Of a stretch of DNA of 64,000 bases, positions 34,215 through 44,372 are shown in pieces; position 1 is the stretch's first letter, and each line of letters begins with the position of its first letter. The notes under the pieces were generated by a model that ran no database searches, was not told the origin of the DNA, and saw only the letters and a list, made by a program, of their open reading frames with translations. A program made the position numbers and the translations under genes. Origin of the DNA: a virus; IMG/VR virus record IMGVR_UViG_3300042518_001429, positions 1 through 64,000 of that record; one strand, 5' to 3'.

Positions 34215-36170
34215 TTAACCTACTTTCCAAATTTCTAGTTGGAATAATATTGCTCTTGTTTCTGATGGGAAAGCAGCGGTAACGGGTTCCCGTAAACTAC
34301 CTGTTACACCACCTTGATTGCCGCGTATTCTTATACGGTAAGAACTTGCTATTGGGACATTTATTCTACCAGTAAGAACATGGTCATAAGTCATAACAGA
34401 AGACGCACTCCACGGTTTTGTCATGTATGGTGTACTCATAAGTACAGGGGCACTTGTTCCCGCTTGTTCAAAAATGTAATCAACAGCACTTTCAACACCT
34501 GAAGACCATGTTATTAAAAGAGGTGCTCTAAGAGAAATTTCATAAACACCTGCACTCGGGAATGAAACAAGACCACTTGGGTCACATGTTATACCTATAG
34601 TATCGTAACGTAAACTGTTTGTCGGGTCTTGAGGTTGACCTGGTTGAAATCTTAAAAATCTTTCTACCATAGAGCCAAAAGCGGGTCTGGATGTGTTAGT
34701 GGGTGCAGGTAAGATAATTTGAGCTGGTTGATTTTCAGCTGCTGAAGCTCCGGTTATAAGTTTTAACGTACTGACATTGGTATATGTACCAGCCATTTCA
34801 TAAAATCTAGCATATGGTATATTAGATAAATAATTTCTCATAAGTTCTGCAGTTATTTTTTTAAGAGAAGTTCCTGATGTATCATAAATTAGAAACTCAT
34901 CATTATTACTTAAGGATGTTTTGGAATTTTGATCAGTAATAACACTAGATTGAAGAGTACTTGTTATTGAAACATTTGCAGTACCGTCAAAGCTAACAGA
35001 TCCAACAACAGCTCCTGCTAAGGCTATATTTCGTGCTATTTCTAATCTATCTGCTCTATCAGCATTACCTGTAAGATTACCTGTAACATTTCCGGTTACG
35101 TCTCCGGTTACGTTACCTGTAACATTACCTGTAACATTACCTGTAACATTACCTTTTACATTTCCAACAAATCCGAAAGCTGCAGCAGAAGCTGTAACTA
35201 CTCCAGCAGAAAAATCACCGTAAGTGTCTCTTAATACTAAAGTACTTCCAAGAAGACTTGATGTACCTGTTGTTGCTTCATTAGGAACATTTGCAAACTG
35301 TAATGAACCGCTCGCGCGCACTAAAACTTTATTATCAGTTGATGCCACTATATCTGTCGGTGTACCGGTAGTGTTGGTTGCATTACCTTTTATTGAATAA
35401 GCTGGAGATGTTGCTAATTTTGCATTTGTAACATTGCCGTTTGCAATCTTAGTAACAGTAATTGCGTCAGCGGCAATTTTATCTTCTGTAACAGCAAGAG
35501 CAGAAAGTTTTGCTGTGTTAACAGCTTCATTACCTATTTTTGCATTAGTTACTACACCAGTGCCTAATTTAGTTTCAGTAACAGATCCGTCATAAATTTT
35601 AGCTTCTATAACAGCATTATTAGCAAGTTCTGTCTGATCCACTACCCCAGGATTAATATTCCAAGTAAGAGTGTTGTTCGATACGGTGATATCTCCGTAA
35701 TTTCTATCTACCAACGAACCTGATAATGCCCCGGTATCTGGTTGATTTGTCCAGAATGCTCCATCCCATTTTAAAACATGACCGTTAACAATTGTTGAGG
35801 TTAGTTTGACACCAGCAAGAGAGGATAGAGCTATGTTTGTTGAAGTTAAAAGTTGTTTACCGAATGTTGTAATGTCCTGACCAAATTTTATAGTACCTAA
35901 AGAATTATTAATAACATCTGCTGATAAAATATAACTATTAGGGTTAAAACTCAAATCAATTGTTGAAGAATCTTTTGCTGAAAGAGATTTAACAAAAGCA
36001 GAAAGAGCAACTATACGGCCATTAAGAATGCTTGATAAGCCTGTTAGTGTTGTGTAAAGACTACAAAGGTCTTGGGATAAAAGACTAAAATTATTATTAA
36101 TAACAATACGTGTATCCCCGATACAGTCAGTACCCTGAATAGAAGTTAAAGGTGTAGAACAAGCAGCCAT
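34215..36170 (-). CDS. tail fibre protein
   Basis: 10-aa VT.AKI repeats, GNVT repeats, A.RL..AR.IAL.G.V.GSVSFDGTANV.I motif. Confidence 0.8.
   Translation of the reverse strand: MAACSTPLTSIQGTDCIGDTRIVINNNFSLLSQDLCSLYTTLTGLSSILNGRIVALSAFVKSLSAKDSSTIDLSFNPNSYILSADVINNSLGTIKFGQDITTFGKQLLTSTNIALSSLAGVKLTSTIVNGHVLKWDGAFWTNQPDTGALSGSLVDRNYGDITVSNNTLTWNINPGVVDQTELANNAVIEAKIYDGSVTETKLGTGVVTNAKIGNEAVNTAKLSALAVTEDKIAADAITVTKIANGNVTNAKLATSPAYSIKGNATNTTGTPTDIVASTDNKVLVRASGSLQFANVPNEATTGTSSLLGSTLVLRDTYGDFSAGVVTASAAAFGFVGNVKGNVTGNVTGNVTGNVTGDVTGNVTGNLTGNADRADRLEIARNIALAGAVVGSVSFDGTANVSITSTLQSSVITDQNSKTSLSNNDEFLIYDTSGTSLKKITAELMRNYLSNIPYARFYEMAGTYTNVSTLKLITGASAAENQPAQIILPAPTNTSRPAFGSMVERFLRFQPGQPQDPTNSLRYDTIGITCDPSGLVSFPSAGVYEISLRAPLLITWSSGVESAVDYIFEQAGTSAPVLMSTPYMTKPWSASSVMTYDHVLTGRINVPIASSYRIRIRGNQGGVTGSLREPVTAAFPSETRAILFQLEIWKVG
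35064..35165 (-). repeat. 12-bp tandem repeat encoding (G-N/D-V/L-T/K)x8
   Basis: ATTACCTGTAAC units on the + strand. Confidence 0.85.
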
Positions 36171-36206
36171 TATAAAATATTTATGCTATAGAAACCTTAA
36201 AACAAG

Positions 36207-36234
36207 TTGATTGCAGAATAGTTTCTAGTATTAT
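36207..36234 (+). promoter_or_regulatory. sigma70-like promoter TTGATT-N16-TATTAT, ATG 6 nt downstream
   Basis: Identical hexamers and spacing to the 12375-12402 promoter. Confidence 0.65.
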
Positions 36235-36240
36235 TTAATC

Positions 36241-36777
36241 ATGAATATATTTGTAACTAATGAAGATCCGGTTCTTGCAGCACAAGAACTCTGCGATAAA
36301 CATGTAAGATCTAAAATGCAAATTGAGTCTGCTATTATGCTGCAGAACTGTTTTACCAACGAGCAGTTACAAGATCCAAAATGTCCTAGAACAAAGACAG
36401 GCAAGGCTCGTAAAGCAGGTAAGGGGTACGCTAAGCATCAATGCACACTTTGGACTATGGAGTCAAGAGCTAATTTTATGTGGCTTGTTGAACACGCTTT
36501 AGAGATGTTCGACGAGAGGGATTATCGTTGGCCAGAATCTAATCCTCATTTTACTAAAGAGTTTATCGAATGGTGTAAACAAAACAAAGACAAGACTATT
36601 CATACAAATAATGAACCGACGCCTTTTACTATTGCGATTGCAAAAGACACCGAATGTCGGAAGATAAAAGATTTTGACAAGCTTTCTGTAATTGAACAAT
36701 ACCGGCAGTATATTATAAAAGATAAACCTTTTGTATCTTGGACTAAACGTGCCCAGCCCTTCTGGTATACAACTTAA
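36241..36777 (+). CDS. denV: pyrimidine dimer DNA glycosylase (DenV-like)
   Basis: MNIF....DP..AA..LCDKHV..KM.IESA.ML, H.CT.W...SRANF.WL, YRQY....K....W..R..P.W. Confidence 0.85.
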   Translation: MNIFVTNEDPVLAAQELCDKHVRSKMQIESAIMLQNCFTNEQLQDPKCPRTKTGKARKAGKGYAKHQCTLWTMESRANFMWLVEHALEMFDERDYRWPESNPHFTKEFIEWCKQNKDKTIHTNNEPTPFTIAIAKDTECRKIKDFDKLSVIEQYRQYIIKDKPFVSWTKRAQPFWYTT

Positions 36778-36787
36778 GCATTTGTTA

Positions 36788-37081
36788 ATGGCAAAATATT
36801 CTTCAATGTATATTCCCCTGTCTATGCCTCCTACTACAGAGGATAAGTTTGCTATCTATCTCACTATAGAAGGAGATGTAGAAATGTTTCTCTATGATGG
36901 TAAACAGGTTTTTACTCCAGACTTCCCTGATATACCTATTGAGAGAATTGACTTAAAGGACGGCAGAACTATAAGACAAGAAACATTAGCTCGTATCTGC
37001 CGTTACCTCATGTCTCAGCAAACTGTTGAGTATAATAAAGAGTTTAAGTTCTGGGAAGCTTTACCTAACGATCCTTTTTAA
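36788..37081 (+). CDS. hypothetical protein
   Basis: ATG 36788 is in frame with the track ORF; ends at the terminator. Confidence 0.6.
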   Translation: MAKYSSMYIPLSMPPTTEDKFAIYLTIEGDVEMFLYDGKQVFTPDFPDIPIERIDLKDGRTIRQETLARICRYLMSQQTVEYNKEFKFWEALPNDPF

Positions 37082-37119
37082 AAAAAGAAACTCCCGACCT
37101 TTCGATCGGGAGTTCTTTG
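37081..37119. terminator. bidirectional intrinsic terminator after major capsid gene
   Basis: ACTCCCGA/TCGGGAGT stem flanked by an A-run (minus-strand U-tract) and a T-run, between convergent genes. Confidence 0.8.
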
Positions 37120-37150
37120 AATTTGTTGAGATTTTCCACCAATACCTGTA

Positions 37151-38599
37151 TTAGAGGTATGTAGCTGCTTGACCAGGTACGAACGATTGGCCCAAGCCGG
37201 TGCAGATTACCATGTGATAGTAAAGTGAAGCACCGAAGATGTGGTCAACAACACCATAACGTGTTAATAGACCTACTCTTGGACTGAAATCGTTAGGACC
37301 GATTGTGCGCTGAACCATGACAGGGATATATGGGCAGTATACGATACCTGTATCGTAGTACTCAGGGCCCTTATAACCTAACAGAGCATAGTCAACAGTT
37401 GCTGCGCGGCCTGCGGCGTAGCCAGCATTAGCGTAACTTTGTGTTGATTGTGCTTCTGTGCGTGTGTCACGATAGATTTGGAAACGGCCACCAACTGAAC
37501 CAACCTTGGCGATGCCAACAGGTGCTGTGTTAACAGAGCCTGTTACGGGCTGCCAGGTGAAGTTAGGAAGTGTTTCGAGGATTGCGCAGATACGTGGTGT
37601 AGCGATGATGAAGTTAGCAGCGCCACGACGGTTGCGAACAGCAACGCGGTTTGCTTCAACAACAATTCTGTTGTAGAAGTCACGGGCACGCTCACCTGAC
37701 CAACGGCCGTCAGCTGAGATAGCTGACCATGTTGAATAGCCAACGCCAGCGCCAGCATTCAAGCATGTTTGGATCATACGAGCAATCATTTCACGGTCGA
37801 TCTCAGCTTGAATTTCATATGACATAGCATTTGTTAATTCAGCATCGATGTCGATACCGTTCATGTTTCTTAAATCTTGTTCGAGTTCAACGGACCACTT
37901 AGCTGCGAGACGGCGTGTACCGGCTTCAACTGCGGTCTTTTCAAACGAAACAGTTACTTGAGGAATGTTTGAAGTTAATTCAAACTGTGAGAGAAGGGCT
38001 GCAACACCTGAATCTTCACCAACAACCGCGAAGGCTGAGTTACCGGAAAGAGCTGCACTGGATACACCTGTGAAGGATGTATTCAGGTAGTTATAACCGA
38101 TTTCTTTGCCTGTTACGTTTGCTTGGTTGTAGATTGAGTTAGCGGCTAAGCCGGAAGAATTACCGTCTGAACCGTTACTTGATGTGCCAAGTGCTGAACC
38201 TTCATACTTGTAGCGCATTGCGAATGCTAAGCCAACAGGACCAGTCATAGGCTGTACACCAACGATCTCATTTGTGATGAGCTCAGGGAATGTACGGCGA
38301 ATCATTGGGATGAGGACTTTTGGCAGACGTGCGTCACCAGTTGCGTAGGTATCGCGGTTAGGTACTGCGCCACCGTTGACATTTAAATTGCCACCTGTAG
38401 CACTAAATACTGAACCGTTACCAGCTACGTTTGATGCTTCAAAGCACCACTTTTCTTGGTTCTCAAGAAGGATAGCGGTGTTCAAGCGTGTGTGTTCGTC
38501 TGAGATAGCTGCAACTTTGTCTGAAGTGTAATCCAATACTGGAGTCCACTTCTCAACTAAAGCTTCAGCTCTCGATTTATCGATATGTAGAAGTTCCAT
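37151..38599 (-). CDS. gp23: T4-like major capsid protein (gp23)
   Basis: LVEKW.PVL, LENQ, LIPMIRR.FP.LI..EIVGVQPMTGPVGL.FAMR, R.LAAKWSVELEQDL...GID...EL, EIQAEIDRE, YCPYIP, TRYG; AAGGAG SD at 38613-38618. Confidence 0.98.
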   Translation of the reverse strand: MELLHIDKSRAEALVEKWTPVLDYTSDKVAAISDEHTRLNTAILLENQEKWCFEASNVAGNGSVFSATGGNLNVNGGAVPNRDTYATGDARLPKVLIPMIRRTFPELITNEIVGVQPMTGPVGLAFAMRYKYEGSALGTSSNGSDGNSSGLAANSIYNQANVTGKEIGYNYLNTSFTGVSSAALSGNSAFAVVGEDSGVAALLSQFELTSNIPQVTVSFEKTAVEAGTRRLAAKWSVELEQDLRNMNGIDIDAELTNAMSYEIQAEIDREMIARMIQTCLNAGAGVGYSTWSAISADGRWSGERARDFYNRIVVEANRVAVRNRRGAANFIIATPRICAILETLPNFTWQPVTGSVNTAPVGIAKVGSVGGRFQIYRDTRTEAQSTQSYANAGYAAGRAATVDYALLGYKGPEYYDTGIVYCPYIPVMVQRTIGPNDFSPRVGLLTRYGVVDHIFGASLYYHMVICTGLGQSFVPGQAATYL

Positions 38600-38665
38600 A
38601 GTTATTTTATTTCTCCTTTATAAAAAGAATATTTTCGACCTTAATGTGAGGTATGAAGGATGACC

Positions 38666-39634
38666 TTAGTGTCTAAGTTTTAGCTTAGAGCCGTCAAGCT
38701 TCTTCATCTCATTCAGATATCCGCCAACAGGAGATTGACTCTCAACTATTGGTGCAGAAATGACCTCGTCTTGTGTCTCTGTTGCTTCGGGGCGGTCAAC
38801 GGCCTCAACGATCCGTCTTGTAACCTTTTCCTTAGCATCTTCGACTTGTTCGGAGGTTTCTTTCTCGAACATCTCAACTACGTACTGATAGTTTTCTTGA
38901 ATGTACTCGGGCGATTTGCCTCTGAGTAACTTACTGACATATGCCTTAGTACTTTGTGGCATATCTTTTGTTTTTTCTTCAAGCAAAATTTTGGCTTCAG
39001 CATTGTTTAACTTAGCGTTAAGTGCTGTGTTAGCCTCTAGTGCTTCATTTAATTCCTTCTTTAAGGAATCGATTGTTGTCTTACCATCGATGAGAGCGTC
39101 TTTGATCTCTCCATTGATAAATTCTTCGTTAATACCAACAAGCTTACGAATCTCGTCAAGAACTTTGCGTGAGCGAATATTTTCAACAGCTTCATTTACT
39201 TGTGATGTTGGTACTACTTTTTCAAGATACAGATCCATGTAATTTGAAATCTCATCCACTAAACGTGAACGGAAGGATTCTGCTTCTTCTTTTAAAGTTG
39301 TTTCGTACTTCTCAACTACAGTCTCTAACTTTGCTGTGTGATCTTCGTCGATCTTTGTAAGTACTGCTTTGAGCTTTTGGGCGTGATCGAAATCAATTGT
39401 CTCAACAAGTTTTTGAAGCTTTGCTGTGTGATCAGAATCGATTGACTCGATTAATGATTCGAGCTTAGCAGCGTGATCTTCATCGATCTTTGTTGTTGCT
39501 GCTTCAACAGCAAGTTCTGCTCTTTGTTCTGCTTTTTCATTTACAGCAGCTTCGAATGCTTCGTGTACTGCGGTTAAGGTTTCTTCTGTGATGAGATCCT
39601 TAAACTGTTCTTTGAGAATTGATTTGAAGTCCAT
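38666..39634 (-). CDS. gp22: prohead core scaffold protein (gp22)
   Basis: Acidic coiled coil, FEAAVNEK, ISNYMDLY; lies between protease and MCP. Confidence 0.85.
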   Translation of the reverse strand: MDFKSILKEQFKDLITEETLTAVHEAFEAAVNEKAEQRAELAVEAATTKIDEDHAAKLESLIESIDSDHTAKLQKLVETIDFDHAQKLKAVLTKIDEDHTAKLETVVEKYETTLKEEAESFRSRLVDEISNYMDLYLEKVVPTSQVNEAVENIRSRKVLDEIRKLVGINEEFINGEIKDALIDGKTTIDSLKKELNEALEANTALNAKLNNAEAKILLEEKTKDMPQSTKAYVSKLLRGKSPEYIQENYQYVVEMFEKETSEQVEDAKEKVTRRIVEAVDRPEATETQDEVISAPIVESQSPVGGYLNEMKKLDGSKLKLRH

Positions 39635-39665
39635 ATTTGTTGTATATTTATTTATTCTAAAAGGG

Positions 39666-39815
39666 TTAATTTTCTTCTTGATTTATGTAAGAACGGATTT
39701 TATTTTTGATTTTAGCTTCAACGGCGTCTTGTAGAGCTTGTTGAGCTTCGGAGTAATCTTTATTGGCAATCTTACCAATGAAGCCGGTAATAGTTTTTTG
39801 TTCTTCTTGTGTCAT
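39666..39815 (-). CDS. small prohead core-like protein (49 aa, MTQEEQKTITGFIGKIANKDYSEAQQAL...), not in ORF track
   Basis: Manual translation; fills the gap between gp21 and gp22; helical, gp67-like position. Confidence 0.65.
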   Translation of the reverse strand: MTQEEQKTITGFIGKIANKDYSEAQQALQDAVEAKIKNKIRSYINQEEN

Positions 39816-39818
39816 ATG

Positions 39819-40493
39819 TTAACCTAATTTAATCTTGTTAATGAAACCAATCAAGGCCTCTCTTAAGAATGTATCTGTGCCGTGTTTAGGCATGTTAGAA
39901 AGTTTTTCAGTAAGTTCTGCCTTAGCGCGTGCTGAGCACTCGATGATTGAACCATCGGGACGAATCATATACTCTCTTGACTCCATAACAGATTCAAGCA
40001 TAGCATTTTGTACTGAAGGCTGGTGAACAACATCCAAGCAAATAAGATGAAAATTTGAAACGTGCTTGGCATCTGACATCTCTTGAATGTTACCTAAAGC
40101 ACGGGATGAAATGCCCATTTTAATTCCATCAGTAATGAGGGACTTAAGAAGTTGACCCATTGGTGTATTGAGCACTTGGGACTTGCCCATGAAGTAATTA
40201 CCATTCTGTTTTAACTCTGTAACAAGGTGACAGGCATTAACCGGGTTAACTTCAGTTGATTGTGGGTGATTCATTTCACCAATAGCTCTACGGGACTTAA
40301 CCATCTCATCAGTGTAACGGTTAACTTCTGTAATCATTTCGTCTAGTTTATAGATACGACCGTTTTGATTCTTTTGTTCGGCCATTAAGAACGGACCGGT
40401 GATATAGAGTTTTTGTTCTCCTTGACGGTTTTTTTCCTCGATCATGAAATCAAGTCCGTCATGGATGTCTTCGACTAAAAATTTAAGTCCCAT
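39819..40493 (-). CDS. gp21: prohead core protease (gp21)
   Basis: LYITGPFLMAE.KNQNGRIY, GEMNHP, TPMGQ, GISSRALG, DVVHQPS. Confidence 0.95.
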   Translation of the reverse strand: MGLKFLVEDIHDGLDFMIEEKNRQGEQKLYITGPFLMAEQKNQNGRIYKLDEMITEVNRYTDEMVKSRRAIGEMNHPQSTEVNPVNACHLVTELKQNGNYFMGKSQVLNTPMGQLLKSLITDGIKMGISSRALGNIQEMSDAKHVSNFHLICLDVVHQPSVQNAMLESVMESREYMIRPDGSIIECSARAKAELTEKLSNMPKHGTDTFLREALIGFINKIKLG

Positions 40494-40559
40494 ATGTTTC
40501 TATTATTTAATCTACCAGGTTGTAATTTCTCCAGTTAAAATAGCATAAATATTGCTACT

Positions 40560-41441
40560 ATGTTTACAGCACTATTAGCTTTTACAGCTTTATTGGTAGC
40601 CGGTTGCGGGGCTTATTTTTCCGTTCTCGGCATAGCAACACTATTCTCTGGTCACTTTTGGCAGGTAGCCATTATGGCCGGGTCTTTAGAACTAGGTAAA
40701 TTAGTCGCAACCTCTTTCTTGTATCGTTATTGGAAGAAGATTATTTGGTTCTTAAAAGTTTATATGATAACAGCTGTTTTGGTGCTCATGGTTATTACCT
40801 CTATGGGTATCTTTGGTTATCTGTCTTCAGGTTATCAAGTTAATGCTGGTAAGACTGAATTAATTGATAATAAAGTATCTCTTATTGAGCAACAAAAAAC
40901 AAACATTAAAAATGAAATTGACCAAATCAACGCGCGTATTACTACGCTTAATGAGGCTCGTAAATCTCAGGAAGCTCGTCTCCCGCAAATGTCACGCCGC
41001 TCTGCAGCACCCGTCTATGAGGACATGGCTAGAGCAGCAGAAGAGATCAAGGGTTTAACAGCTAGAGCTCAAGAGCTTCAAACAACAGTATTTGAAAAAG
41101 ATAATGAACTCATTACATTGAGTAGTGAAGGTAATGAAGTACATGATATTGGTACATTTAAGTTTGTAGCTGAATCTGTTGGCTTACCTCTCGATACTGT
41201 AGTAAAGATTTTTATTATCTGTATTGTTTTAGTATTTGATCCTTTAGCGGTAGCTTTAGTGTTAGCTTATAATATTGCCCGTGGTGGTTCTATTCTAAAA
41301 GAAACTAAATCAACTAAACAGCTTTTAGTTGATGAGCCTGTTCCTGCACAGCCTAAGACTAAGACAATTATAACAGAAGAGATTATTGAAGAAGTTGTTC
41401 CTGATTCAGGAAAGACTAGAAAGTATTCTTCAAAGGCCTAA
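40560..41441 (+). CDS. multi-TM coiled-coil membrane protein
   Basis: A.FSV.G...LF, LELGKLV, ITSMGIFGYLS, VFDPLAV.L motifs. Confidence 0.75.
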   Translation: MFTALLAFTALLVAGCGAYFSVLGIATLFSGHFWQVAIMAGSLELGKLVATSFLYRYWKKIIWFLKVYMITAVLVLMVITSMGIFGYLSSGYQVNAGKTELIDNKVSLIEQQKTNIKNEIDQINARITTLNEARKSQEARLPQMSRRSAAPVYEDMARAAEEIKGLTARAQELQTTVFEKDNELITLSSEGNEVHDIGTFKFVAESVGLPLDTVVKIFIICIVLVFDPLAVALVLAYNIARGGSILKETKSTKQLLVDEPVPAQPKTKTIITEEIIEEVVPDSGKTRKYSSKA

Positions 41442-41882
41442 ATGCTTTTCAGTAAGCACTACAAACTCTGAGCCCTTCTTAGTTGCAAACTGTGTTGCTG
41501 CCTGCCACTTTGCTTGATTCTTAACATACTCGGCTTGACGTCTAAGTAAGGCTCTAGTATTTTTACCCGGTTTAGGTGGCAGTGTTTGAATAGAGGGTTT
41601 TATTTCAACGAGATATTTTTTAAGTTCGCCGTTTTTGTTTCTTAAAGTTATGTTAAAGTCTACAAAGTATCTAGATACTTTTTGCGTAAGAGGGTTTTGA
41701 TACGGTACTATAACTGATTCTGAGCCCCAAGTAAGTACAGCTGGGTTGTGATCACACCAGCGCATGAATTTAATTTCGTAGGATGAACGATAGAGTACAG
41801 GCAGAGTGCCTTTATATTTGTCTTTATTGACAGGGTTGAAGATACCTTGCTTAAACTTAGATGTTCTTTTTCTTTGTAGCAT
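41430..41882 (-). CDS. gp4: head completion nuclease (gp4, TnsA-like)
   Basis: KYKG....YRSSYE.KFM.WCD.NP.V..WGSE..I.PY, RYFVDF, LVEIKP, NQAKW.AA, F.VLTEK.L. Confidence 0.92.
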   Translation of the reverse strand: MLQRKRTSKFKQGIFNPVNKDKYKGTLPVLYRSSYEIKFMRWCDHNPAVLTWGSESVIVPYQNPLTQKVSRYFVDFNITLRNKNGELKKYLVEIKPSIQTLPPKPGKNTRALLRRQAEYVKNQAKWQAATQFATKKGSEFVVLTEKHLGL

Positions 41883-42163
41883 TACCAATCCTTACAGGCT
41901 TGATAGCGAGGGGTGCCTGGTTTAGCTGATGAGCATTTATGACGGGCTCTGAAAGATTTTTTACGTTTGGTGTTACCAGATTTACCGGTAACTCTAACAC
42001 CGGCTTGACCCCAGTGAATACGTTTATAGCCACCGCCCGGAGCTTTAACACACTTCATCCACTTCTTTCCAGGACGAGTTGATGAAGCTTTCTTAGTTAC
42101 TTTTTTACAACGAGCTGATTTAGCTTCTTCTAAAATTTCTAATACTGTATTGTTAAAGTCCAT
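41882..42163 (-). CDS. small basic Cys-containing protein
   Basis: I.WGQ.G...RKKSFRARHKC...PRY.AC..W motif. Confidence 0.7.
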   Translation of the reverse strand: MDFNNTVLEILEEAKSARCKKVTKKASSTRPGKKWMKCVKAPGGGYKRIHWGQAGVRVTGKSGNTKRKKSFRARHKCSSAKPGTPRYQACKDW

Positions 42164-42171
42164 AAAAGTAA

Positions 42172-43032
42172 TTATCCAATAAAGAACATAGCACCAGTGA
42201 CATCCTCGTAAGTGTTTTTTAATTCAGCTTCTAAAGCGTCTCTTTCAGCAATACCCTGAGACATAAAGTCTTGATAGTTAACTTGTCCGCCACCGAAGAG
42301 ATTTGTACCACCGAATTTACCTCTTACGTTACCAACTATAACCTTTGAAAGAGCTAAAGCATATCTGTAAATCCATCTCTCATTAATAAGATCTTTAACA
42401 GGTCTTTCAAGATAGCAGCCAACAACACCAAGATAGGATTGTTCGAGAATAGGTTCAGGAAGAATTCTAAGAATCTGACTTTTAGGATCAAATCTATAGT
42501 GAGGGGTCATTGCTAGGACTTTATTTCTAGTATCAATAAATCCTTTAAGTACTTCCCAAGTTACCAAGTCAAAACCGAAGTTACCGACCATATAACTAGA
42601 ATAGATTTGCTGGGCCATGGCCTGCTCTAGCGTAAAGAGTGTATTAATGCCTGTAGTTTCACCGTATGTAAAAGAGAAGCAATCTAACACTCTTCTATAG
42701 GAGTTTAAATCATAATCATACCCTGCTGACAGGCCTGGTGTTAATGACTTATACATCTCCGGGGTTTGATTAATGAGAGTTGCTACATCAATGCCGACAC
42801 CTCTTGTATATTTCTTGGAATCAAATACTAAGAATTCCTCTGTGTATCCGGCATACTTGGTAAAGAATTCCATAGCCTGGGCAATACAATCGTAAATCTG
42901 TTCATTAGCTATTTCAACGTTAACTAGAGGTTCGCCCATTTGACGACGAATTCTTTGAGCCAAGGCATCGTAACTTGTAATAACAGAGTTAAAGTTAGTA
43001 GATCCGGAAGTATATCTTGGCAAAACGTTCAT
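42172..43032 (-). CDS. gp13: neck protein gp13-like
   Basis: R.MGEPLVNVEI...QI.D.I..A..FF; WI.RYA.AL.K...G..RGKF....L.GG...N. Confidence 0.85.
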   Translation of the reverse strand: MNVLPRYTSGSTNFNSVITSYDALAQRIRRQMGEPLVNVEIANEQIYDCIAQAMEFFTKYAGYTEEFLVFDSKKYTRGVGIDVATLINQTPEMYKSLTPGLSAGYDYDLNSYRRVLDCFSFTYGETTGINTLFTLEQAMAQQIYSSYMVGNFGFDLVTWEVLKGFIDTRNKVLAMTPHYRFDPKSQILRILPEPILEQSYLGVVGCYLERPVKDLINERWIYRYALALSKVIVGNVRGKFGGTNLFGGGQVNYQDFMSQGIAERDALEAELKNTYEDVTGAMFFIG

Positions 43033-43045
43033 ATTAGTTATTTAA

Positions 43046-43759
43046 TTATATTTCTTTTAACCCTCCGTAGTAACCATAAGGTTCAGTTTTTTCTTGATTA
43101 GTTATTAGATCTTGATCAACGATACATTTAGCTGCCTTATCATTTGATTGCTCGTAAGGTTGTACCAACTCTTCAGGGTTAGCTCCTCCAGCTTCTCTTC
43201 CGTACTCTTCATCATCGTTAAACTGCACATTAAGAGGCTCTGCTTTTGTACCAGGCTCGTATGAGTATTCCCAACGCTTACATTTTATAACCCAGATGTA
43301 ATGACCCATAAGCTGGTTGGCATTAAATTGTAAGTTTTGATCGTCTCGTTCTGTTATTTCGTATACTGGGGCACCTCTGCCTCCAGGTCGATCACCTGCA
43401 CCACCATATTCTTTTAACTCAATAAGGTCTCCAGCTTTTGGTTCTCTATATGTTCCAAAGAACTCTTGGAAGGATGAAATATGTAACACACAAGTCATAT
43501 CACAGTCAGCCATGATACCAAATTTAGAAAGCATAATGGCATCATTGGTAATATCAGTGAGCATTACAATAGGTCCAGCACTTACGAAAGGTGTTGTTGG
43601 ATCTTCTCCGTAGAGGTAGTAATGAGAGGAAAGAGTGTAGCCATGGGTGTAGTAAGTTACTTCTGCACCATAATGCTCAATCTGTTCTTTCCAATAACCG
43701 GAGACTAAATTTCTCTCGTTATCGTTTATTGTTTTGTCTAGATAACGAACTTTTTGCAT
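43046..43759 (-). CDS. gp14: neck protein gp14-like
   Basis: EQI..YG.EV.Y, LYGED, LSKFGI, P.AGDLI, W.IKC.R.EYS.E. Confidence 0.8.
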   Translation of the reverse strand: MQKVRYLDKTINDNERNLVSGYWKEQIEHYGAEVTYYTHGYTLSSHYYLYGEDPTTPFVSAGPIVMLTDITNDAIMLSKFGIMADCDMTCVLHISSFQEFFGTYREPKAGDLIELKEYGGAGDRPGGRGAPVYEITERDDQNLQFNANQLMGHYIWVIKCKRWEYSYEPGTKAEPLNVQFNDDEEYGREAGGANPEELVQPYEQSNDKAAKCIVDQDLITNQEKTEPYGYYGGLKEI

Positions 43760-43760
43760 G

Positions 43761-44339
43761 TTAGATTGTTGTTAGTTTTTTAATACCTTTTTTAAGAGAA
43801 GTTTTATGCTTTAATTTTGTTGGGTCTTTGTAAAGCTTTTCTAAATCTGATTTTGCTTCACCGAGAAATCTAGGCTTCTTTACCCATTTTTCTGTAAAGG
43901 GATGGTAGATGGCTGGATATCTTTCCTGATCTAAGTCTCTAATAGTAGGAATATAATGAATAGGGTGTTGAGTGCCAGTAGCTAGTCTTCCGTTTAGTTC
44001 TTTAATTGTCTGAAGAATTCTCTCTTTAAGCATATCATCCAAGTTTGTCTTATTAATCAAGACTAGAATGTTTATAGAACATTTTTCAGAGGAGTTTTCT
44101 TCTAATACAGGACCAACAATAAAGTAATCCCAAACTCTTTTTCTAGCATATTCTTGTTCTGCAGAATTAATACGATCGATATCTTGAAGTATTTGGGTTT
44201 TTACACCAGGCTGTAATTTTGGATCTCCTCCACCAGGGAGGAAATACCAAACACGAGGGTCTAAAGAATTAGGAGCTACAGGATCTGTATGATAAGGGAG
44301 ATAAGCTTTATCGAATTCCTCTTGAAACAATTTCTTCAT
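43761..44339 (-). CDS. hypothetical protein, possibly degenerate nucleotidyltransferase fold
   Basis: L.P.VK.QI, DYFIVGP...CSINILVLI, HPIHYI, IYHP..EKWVKKP. Confidence 0.45.
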   Translation of the reverse strand: MKKLFQEEFDKAYLPYHTDPVAPNSLDPRVWYFLPGGGDPKLQPGVKTQILQDIDRINSAEQEYARKRVWDYFIVGPVLEENSSEKCSINILVLINKTNLDDMLKERILQTIKELNGRLATGTQHPIHYIPTIRDLDQERYPAIYHPFTEKWVKKPRFLGEAKSDLEKLYKDPTKLKHKTSLKKGIKKLTTI

Positions 44340-44372
44340 ATATTGTATTTAAGCTTTTCTCTATAAACAGAA

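Noticed and set aside
33440-35165. CRISPR-like arrays
   Set aside because: The repeats are in-frame, degenerate coding repeats without unique spacers, and there are no cas genes.
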